From Eledone cirrhosa (Eukaryota): a stretch of DNA of 64,000 nt. Of the stretch, positions 56,444-64,000 are shown one piece after another (position 1 is the stretch's first letter; each line of letters begins with the position of its first letter). Position numbers and translations under genes: made by a program. The DNA lies in contig OZ024743.1 of NCBI GenBank assembly GCA_964016885.1, positions 27,094,001-27,158,000 on the forward strand. Reading direction: 5' to 3'. Below the pieces are notes generated by a model that worked only from the letters and a program-made list of their open reading frames with translations, did not search any database and was not told the origin of the DNA.

Positions 56444-56959
56444 TATATTATAATAAAACATGACTATCTATTATAAGTCAACTTTGGGTTAAATTTGTTT
56501 AACAAAAGGTAATTTGATATCTCCCCCTCTCTCTCTCTCACATTATTGACAATTCTGTCAGCGCTTATAGTCACAGCCATCTATAGTTATCTATCTACAT
56601 ATCTATCTATTATTGCAAAATTAATCTAGCTGTCGTCTGTTCGATAGCGTAGACGTAATTCACTTCGCGCAGAAGTTTTGTTCCAATTTATTGCGGAAAT
56701 TTTGTAAGTTTAATTTTAATTTTGATACTATTGTGTAGCTTGACCACCCGCCTGAACTGTCAGGCGGTGGGTCAGCTCATTTTCGCCCCTCCCAGGGGTG
56801 AAAAACCTGTTTTTAAAAAAATTTTGTTGCATAAAATTTCAATCGTCTGGGAGAAATCTTAAATGAAGCTAACGTAAATAGTGGTGGGGAGGGGGGGGGG
56901 GGGGGGACAGCGGTAATAGTTGTAAGCTCGCACGCTTTAGTCCCCCCTTCCTTCAAAAT

Positions 56960-58676
56960 TAACGTCATAGAGAAGGAAAGGAAAAATAAAATAAAAACAG
57001 ACGAATGTGCGGAGAAAAATGTTAAACGAAAACACAAATCTGGAGATTGATTCCAACAACAACAAAAAATTGAAAGAATTGCATGACAATATTAATACCA
57101 CAAACAAAGAAACAACAAACACAAAAATAACATTTGAAAACAACAACATCATAACAGAAAGCAAAACAGACGACAAAGTCAACACCAAGGTGAAAATGGA
57201 ACCTTGTCGGTAAAAATGCCCCAAGAACTCACCAAAGATATTGAAAGTCGGACGGTCGTTTTCCGCATCATCAACAACATCTCAAAAATGCCGCAACAAC
57301 CAACACAAGTAGAAATTAAAGCGGTACTTAGAGAAGTATTTAATGAAGCCACTTTCATAAGAAGAGACAGGCTGGCCATTATTATGAAGAACGAATCGGC
57401 GGCGAAAAAATATGCTTTGTCGCCGATTCGTTCGACAAATTTTATCTTTTATCCATCTTATATGGGTAAAAGAACTCAGCGCATATGGCTGGATGCGATG
57501 ATGCCAGATATGGACTACTGCTGGCTCATAGCTGGCTTCATCGATCCAGCGAATGACAACGTAATTTCCATTGGGAAAACCACAGGCAATGCGTTCAGTG
57601 GAACAGGTATAGAGCTTGTAGTGCAAATGAAGCCTGAACGCATTGCCCAAATACTCGACAGAATCCTATTAGAGGGCCACGGGTATATAAACATTAGTGT
57701 GGTGGGGAGAAGGCCGTCCTGTCATATCTGTGCAGGCAGAGGGCACCTGAAGGCGGCTTGTCCCCAACTCAACAAAAAGAAAACCCTGCTACCAACACCA
57801 GCTCCACCACCACCACCACCACAACAGATAAACAAACAACAAAACTCAGTCCCACCCAACCCGTCCCTCAGTAAAACTACACCACCACCACAGCACAAAC
57901 AGACACAACACATTACCCAAAAACAAAACACAGTCCCACCCAACCCCTCACTCAATAAAACAACACAACCACCGCAGCCAGAACACACAACACAGTCTAA
58001 CATAGTGACACCCATCTCCCCCACAAAGAAAACTAACACGGAAACACTACCAACAAACATACCTCTTCCCTCCAACACTGAAGATAACCCAACGAATTCG
58101 GAGGAAGAAACGGAGTCCTTCAGACAGATTAAAAGGATAAAAACTCACAAGGCCAAACAGCAAAACACACAAGGCCAAACAGCCCCTACCCAAATGTCAA
58201 CACAATCCAACAAAACACAAAACACCCCTCCAGCAACAAACAAAACCAAACCTGCCCCTCCCCTCTTCGAAACACTCACACCATCCGAAAAAAAGACATT
58301 ACACTATACTTACATCAACAGAAACAATAATAAATTAAATGAACTCATAAACAATAACCCTTCGGTACAAACCGAAGGGATAAACTTTGTTTTTTCAGAA
58401 AACAACCCACAATTAAAATTAATAAAGGTCCCAATGAACCTCTACCAAAAACTAAAAAAGGATTTTAAGGAGGACGTAGGACCACCCTCTGTCAAACCCA
58501 TAAACCGCGCCCTCCTAAAAAGCTTTCCCCCTCCCCTTCCCCTCCCCAACACAACTCCAAACACCCCAGCCCCACCACACACTGACGACCCCACACCACC
58601 ACAAGACACCCCTTCACCCAACACTCCCGACCCCATGGAAGTCGTGCGACCCGAACCCCGGGAAGCAGAAAGGTAG
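56960..58676 (+). pseudogene. Tx1 ORF1 with CCHC knuckle (CHICAGRGHLKAAC)
   Basis: ORFs 57007-57213 and 57204-58676. Start position approximate. Confidence 0.85.
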
Positions 58677-58709
58677 GTCTCTACACTCTTCTTTGGCTTT
58701 GCCGCCCAC

Positions 58710-61700
58710 ATGGATGTGTTAAGAGTAGGATGTTTGAATGCACGTGGCCTGGGCTCAACTTGGAAGCAAGAAAAGCTTCTAAATGACCTCAGGTCACGTG
58801 GTATAAATGTAATAGTTATCTGTGAGACTCGGATCAGCGTCGTGCGGCAGCTGGCCCCTACCTTCGATGACTTTGAGGTGCACGCATCTCTCTGTCAACC
58901 TGGAGGTGGGGGTAGGGTTGTCGTACTGCTGGAAAAACACCTGGGTCTCGCCGTACAGGTTGTTCACTCGGACCCGGAAGGTCGTTTGTTGGTGCTAGAC
59001 GTTGGCAGTAGTGGAGGTGCGGCCTTGAGACTGGTCGCCGTCTACTCCCCTTTCGGAGCTGAACGGCCCGACTTCTTCCAGCGTCTGGAGACTTTTCTGG
59101 GAACGTCGCGTTCCCTGCTTCTAGCAGGGGACTGGAATGACATCCTAGATGCACGTTGGGATAATGCAGGAGCATGTCCTAATAGAAGGGGGTGTAACAG
59201 CCTAAAAGGGTTACTCGACCGTTTTAACTTGGTCGATAGATATCGACTAGATTTTCCAACTGTGCCAACCTGGACTTGGACGAACCACAGTGGTCAATCT
59301 AGATCGTACTTAGATAGATTCTTAGTTAGAAGTAAGGATTGGGACATATTAAGCTGTCCAGAAATGCTCACGGTTGGCTATACAGATCACAAATTAGTGA
59401 CCTGCGTAGTCAACCTCGAGAGAACACTTAGACAGGGTCCCGGTTACTGGAAACTTAATTTGTCTTTACCGGCAAAAGAGGCTTACAGAGACCGGATTAG
59501 CAGATTAGTTAAGGAGAGGTTGACGGGTGCAATCGTCAACAACCGATGGTGGGCATCTCTCAAAAGAGAGATTAGAACAGAATCAATAAGTTATAGCAAG
59601 ATGTTAGCTGCCGATAGGAATAGGAACGAGAAAGAATTAACAGGTAAATTAGAAGAGGCAATCAAGAGCGAAGATGTGGCCAGAGTGCTGGCATCGAGGA
59701 CGGCCTTGAGCCAGTTTTTCGATGCAAAGCACGAAGGCTGCGTCATTCAAAGTAAAATACGTGCTCTAGGTAATGAAGGGGCCAAAGCCGTTGGCTGGGC
59801 CCGCGTGACAGAAGCTAAGAGTGGAAATCGATCCACCATCCGGTCTTTGCAAGACGAGGATGGACGGGTGATCCGGGAGCCTAAGCAGATGTGCGAGGCC
59901 TTTCAAAGGCACTTTGCCCGATTGTTCGGGGGAGGCGGGGGTCCGGGCGGGGTCGTGGATTTCGGTCCATACCTCGACGGCCTGCAGAGGGACCAATCTC
60001 GGCTGATGAGATCGGGGATGCGCTGAGCCAATGCAGCAAACGCAAATCTCCAGGTCTCGATGGTATACCTTACGAACTTTATTTGGCAATGCCGGTCTTC
60101 TTCTCCGAACTCCTCGAAGCAGTCTACTGCAATTGGCAGCAGAACGGGAGAATTCCTTGTTCTGTAGCCAAGGGCGTAGTCTCGCTGGTGAGGAAGGACG
60201 AGAACAAGGGGGATAGTATAAATAATTTTCGGCCCATAACGCTGCTAAACACAGAGTTAAAGATCTTGGCCAAGGTGTTAGCAAAGAGGTTGGCGCTTGT
60301 CGTGGGTAGCCTGGTGGGAGATGCGCAGACATGTGCTATCCCATCCAGGTCCATTCACGACAACCTCCACCTCATGCGATACATCATAGAGAGGGTTGGC
60401 AACAAACTCGGCTTCGGTGGGGCCCTGATCAACTTGGATCAGTCTAAGGCGTTCGATAGGGTCGACCATGGTTACCTGCATGCGGTGCTAGCGGCGTCTG
60501 GGTTCGGTCCTGTTTTCAGAGGCTGGATCACTGCCTTACATAGCAACCACATCTGTTCTAGGATCAAGGTGAACGGCTACCTTTCGAAGCCGTTCGAAAT
60601 CACACGATCCATTCCACAGGGGTACCCTCTCTCCTCCCTTCTGTACGTATTGACTCTCGAGCCTTTACTGAGGAAGTTGGAGTTGTTGCAGGGTATCCCC
60701 CTGGAACCAGGATTGAATAAAGCGGTGTCGGCCTACGCCGATGACGTAACAGTAATGGTATCGACCGACTCGGAGATCGAGGCGATCGGTACCTTACTGG
60801 AGGAATACGAAAGGTTGTCAGGAGCGAAACTGAACCGGGAAAAATCCATCGGGCTACAACTCAGAACGTGGAGAGGCAGACCGATGCCTCCCGACGGTGT
60901 CGTCGGACACTGGACGGAGGGCCCGGTGAACTTGCTTGGGGTCTGGTTTGGACCGGACCTCCAGGTGGAAAAGAACTGGGGCGAGGTTACGAGCAAGGTG
61001 TTTGCACTGACCTAGAAATGGGCCAAGTGTAAGCTGTCCCTGAAAGGTCGGGCGGAGGTGGCGAACATTTACATAGCGTCCGTCACCTACTACCGCCTGA
61101 CTGTCGTGCCTTGCCCTAAGGAAACACTCACCACCATGGAACGCATGCTCTTTTAATTTCTTTGGAAGAAGCGCCCTCCTATCGTGAGAAGATCCATCTG
61201 CTGCCAACAACCTTCGAAAGGAGGGCTGGGGTTTCTGTGGTTGATGATGCGTAGGCACGCATTAAGGCTACGGCACCTACAGGTATTCCTCACTGGTCAA
61301 CCGGTGTGGGCTCCATTCGTGAGACGAGCCTTTCCGAGACTCGTCTCGCTCACCGAGCTGCAGTCCTGGGTCAAGCAAAGATCCGGAAAACTGGGCGACT
61401 GGCACACTGAGTGTGCCCAGGCGCTCAGGGCTCTTTGGCAAGCGGACCCGGCCATCGGTGGAGAATCCACCTCGTCATTCTATAGAGGGCTGGTGGCTAG
61501 CAGGGCGATGACACCCTTGGAGAGTCGCTGGACATGGAAGAAGACGAACTGGCCAGTCTGTTCGGTAGGACTTTCGGCCCGGGACCAATGGACAACTTCC
61601 AGAAGTCACTGGCCTGGCAGTGCTACCGGGGGCTCTACCCGTTCGAGAAAGGCTCTACAGACACGGGCGCCCGGGCAGGGATCCCTCGAAAAAGATTTGC

Positions 61701-62114
61701 CCTAGATGCGTGCGTCACGAAGAAACCGTTGCGCACGCATTGGTGCACTGTCCGGGCGTGGCTGATCTGTGGGGCTACGCCGAACGACTGCTGTCGCGGG
61801 TGGCGCCAATTCGATTGACCGCCGAGTCCGTGGTAACAATCAAGCCGCCTCCCCTCTTCACAAAGGAAGCAAAGGCGGTTTTTCTATGCGTAATAGCCAT
61901 GTTGAAAGAGGTTGTTTGGTGGACACGATTGAAAGGTTTGAGGTCAGGCAACTTCCTCTCTGGCCATAGTCTGGTCTACTTCTTCCGATATCACTTCGGA
62001 AGAAGGATAAGAATGGAGAGAGAGGTGCTTGGCCACAGGCAGTTTTATGAAAGGTGGGTGATAGTGGCGAGAATGGCTCGTGTAAATGGGCCTTCTCTGT
62101 ATACCATCCTGTAG
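58710..62114 (+). pseudogene. Tx1 ORF2 (APE-RT-ZnF), disrupted
   Basis: ORFs 58710-60026, 59891-61015, 61184-61705, 61534-61818 and 61620-62114. Confidence 0.92.
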
Positions 62115-62624
62115 GTAAAGAAGTGAAGGAGAGGGGAGCACCTTCCCCATGTGCTCCCCGGGCAAAGGATTGCACACTTTTTCGGGGGTGTGTGCAACCC
62201 CCATCACGTCCCCCCCCTTTTGAGGTTGTTTTTGATTATTTTCATTTTATACCCTTTTTACTCGGTTGTATGTAAACTCCCTCTTTGTTTTGTCCCTTCT
62301 TTTTCTACCTTTATGGTAAATAAAGAAATATATCTATAAATGCAACATACATACCTATATGATGATGGCACCCACCTCGTTATCGAGTATGGCCATTGCA
62401 CGATATACCATTATTAATAATTATTTATTAATGGATTGGCAGTATTGGTCGAGGGTCTGACGCAATGCTTTGCAGCAAAGAGTTACAGCCCTTTATGGCC
62501 TGAGTTCAAATCCCGCCGCGGTTAACTTTGCCTTTCATCCTTATGTGGTCGATAAAATAAAGTACCAGTAATACACTGGGATAATTGCTGGCCTTGTACC
62601 AAAAGTAGAAACAATTAATTAATT

Positions 62625-63180
62625 CTATCGTGCAATGCCTGTGCGTGAAGATATTTTTTTAAAGTAAGGAAAGACTGTGCACTGAGCCAATCCCACTCTC
62701 TGAGCGACAGTAGCTATAACCCTAAAAGAAGAAAAGATCAACATCATCGGTAACTACTGAGCCGCAGGTTTTATATCGGAGTTATCCCAGTTTCCTGAGT
62801 TGCCTTCTCCTAGAAGAATGCCCTGACAAAGGCTAGGGGTCCTTCATTCCCAATGGTTTAACCGCGCGATCGGGTGTCCAGCCCGACTATTTCTATGTCC
62901 CCGCGCATATACTTACACATGCACCCATGTATATACACATATACATATATATACATATGTACATGTGTATATACATATTTACACACTTTTGGATGGCCGT
63001 TGACTCTTATGAGTTCTTCAGCCCTTTGTCAGATTTTGTTTTTTGTCCTGCAGGGTGTCCAAAATCACTCTCCTCACCAAGTAAACTTGGTGGGGTTGCC
63101 GGTTTAGTCGCTGACGACCCGACCATGCGACAGTTTGTACTGGGTTACATGTTACCAATAGCACTCAAGAGTGACCCGAC
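62625..63180 (-). mobile_element. Probable RTE-type LINE 5'UTR remnant, interrupted by simple repeats
   Basis: The motifs ctaggagaaggcaactc, aaaacctgc and gagtcaacggcc resemble RTE 5'UTRs (recall, not searched). Confidence 0.45.
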
Positions 63181-63599
63181 ATACATACATACATACATAC
63201 ATACATACATACATACATACAAATCTTGAGAAGTTAGGCTTCACAGAAACAGAAAGAACATGACTATTTAGGAAATTACAAGTACAATCCATTAATGGAA
63301 CAGTAAACATGTAAAACATTCCAAAATTTCTGCATCTGATAACTGCATATACACATGTACAGATACAAAGCATATGCATACATATAACTCAAACACACAC
63401 AGCCACACATACATTAACATCCATACATTCACATGCATGCATGCAGACCTGCATGCATATCTACCTAGTTGATGTTGGATAAATAACAACGCGAGAGTCT
63501 TATATCTATGTTAGAAACCGGCTCTCGCCCTATTGGCAAACATTTGTGAAATTATAAAACCAGAAGAACATACATACACATATATATATATATATAATG

Positions 63600-63900
63600 A
63601 TGATTATGATGGCTGAAAACTTGTGTTCGAGCATTGCCATCACCCGATAAAATGCTCAAAAATGTGAGGCACGAATGTGGCTCTTTAAACCAACCAAAGA
63701 CTTGCATCCTCTGACACATACATGGCAGCTGTAGGCTCTTCTGGGACTTTCCATTGCTTTGTTCTGGCTGTGTGTTCTCATGTGTCTTTTAAGACCTCCC
63801 ATGCTAGCACATCCCTTGCTACATTCCTTACACCTTTTCTCATCATAATCTACATAAGGTCTGCTGATATGACTTTGTTCGTATCTAATCAAACACGTAT
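63600..63900 (-). mobile_element. 3' end of an RTE-type LINE with two C2H2 zinc fingers and an (ATC)n-like tail
   Basis: CKECSKGCASMGGLKRHMRTH and CHVCVRGCKSLVGLKSHIRASH, followed by a short UTR and catcataatcatcat. Confidence 0.7.
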
Positions 63901-64000
63901 ACATACATAGACACATACATACATGTTTACAAGGATGTGCCTTTGTTCATATTGAGCCCAATACACTGGCGACACGATAAACAGATATTGGTAAATACGT

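Larger units (their letters stand above)
56631..62329 (+). mobile_element. Near full-length Tx1 LINE, subfamily A copy 2
   Basis: Highly similar to the reverse complement of 3372-9175. ~100-bp ORF1 deletion at ~57188. Confidence 0.95.

Noticed and set aside
56595-62350. Target-site duplication around Tx1 copy A2 (ctattattgcaaaat vs ctataaatgcaacat)
   Set aside because: Too many mismatches and not flush with the 5' end.

Overview
AT-rich, microsatellite-dense eukaryotic genomic DNA. The SINE and LINE repertoire suggests an octopus or other coleoid cephalopod; this is inference, not a database result. There is one 200-N scaffold gap. The window is almost all retroelements: five L1/Tx1-clade LINE copies in two subfamilies (three near full length, all with disabling mutations), three Penelope-like elements (two RT+GIY-YIG copies of one family and one Naiad-type), RTE and CRE fragments, a non-autonomous Helitron, tRNA-derived SINEs and a multi-kb (TA)n/TAATTA compound satellite. 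One intact host-like ORF is present, a single-exon CCDC42/CFAP73 (DUF4200)-like coiled-coil protein at 31804-32655. The main unannotated signal is a high density of type-I hammerhead ribozyme motifs: about 10 well formed plus several degenerate, from at least 8 unrelated sequence contexts, most with palindromic helix III. Several sit in small non-coding, (TA)n-flanked, partially tandem or fold-back units that resemble retrozymes or Penelope pLTR derivatives. The Tx1 LINEs also carry conserved hairpins in both UTRs (covarying in the 3' UTR) and repeatedly abut (TCTA)n-like sequence. All folds were read by eye and none was computed.
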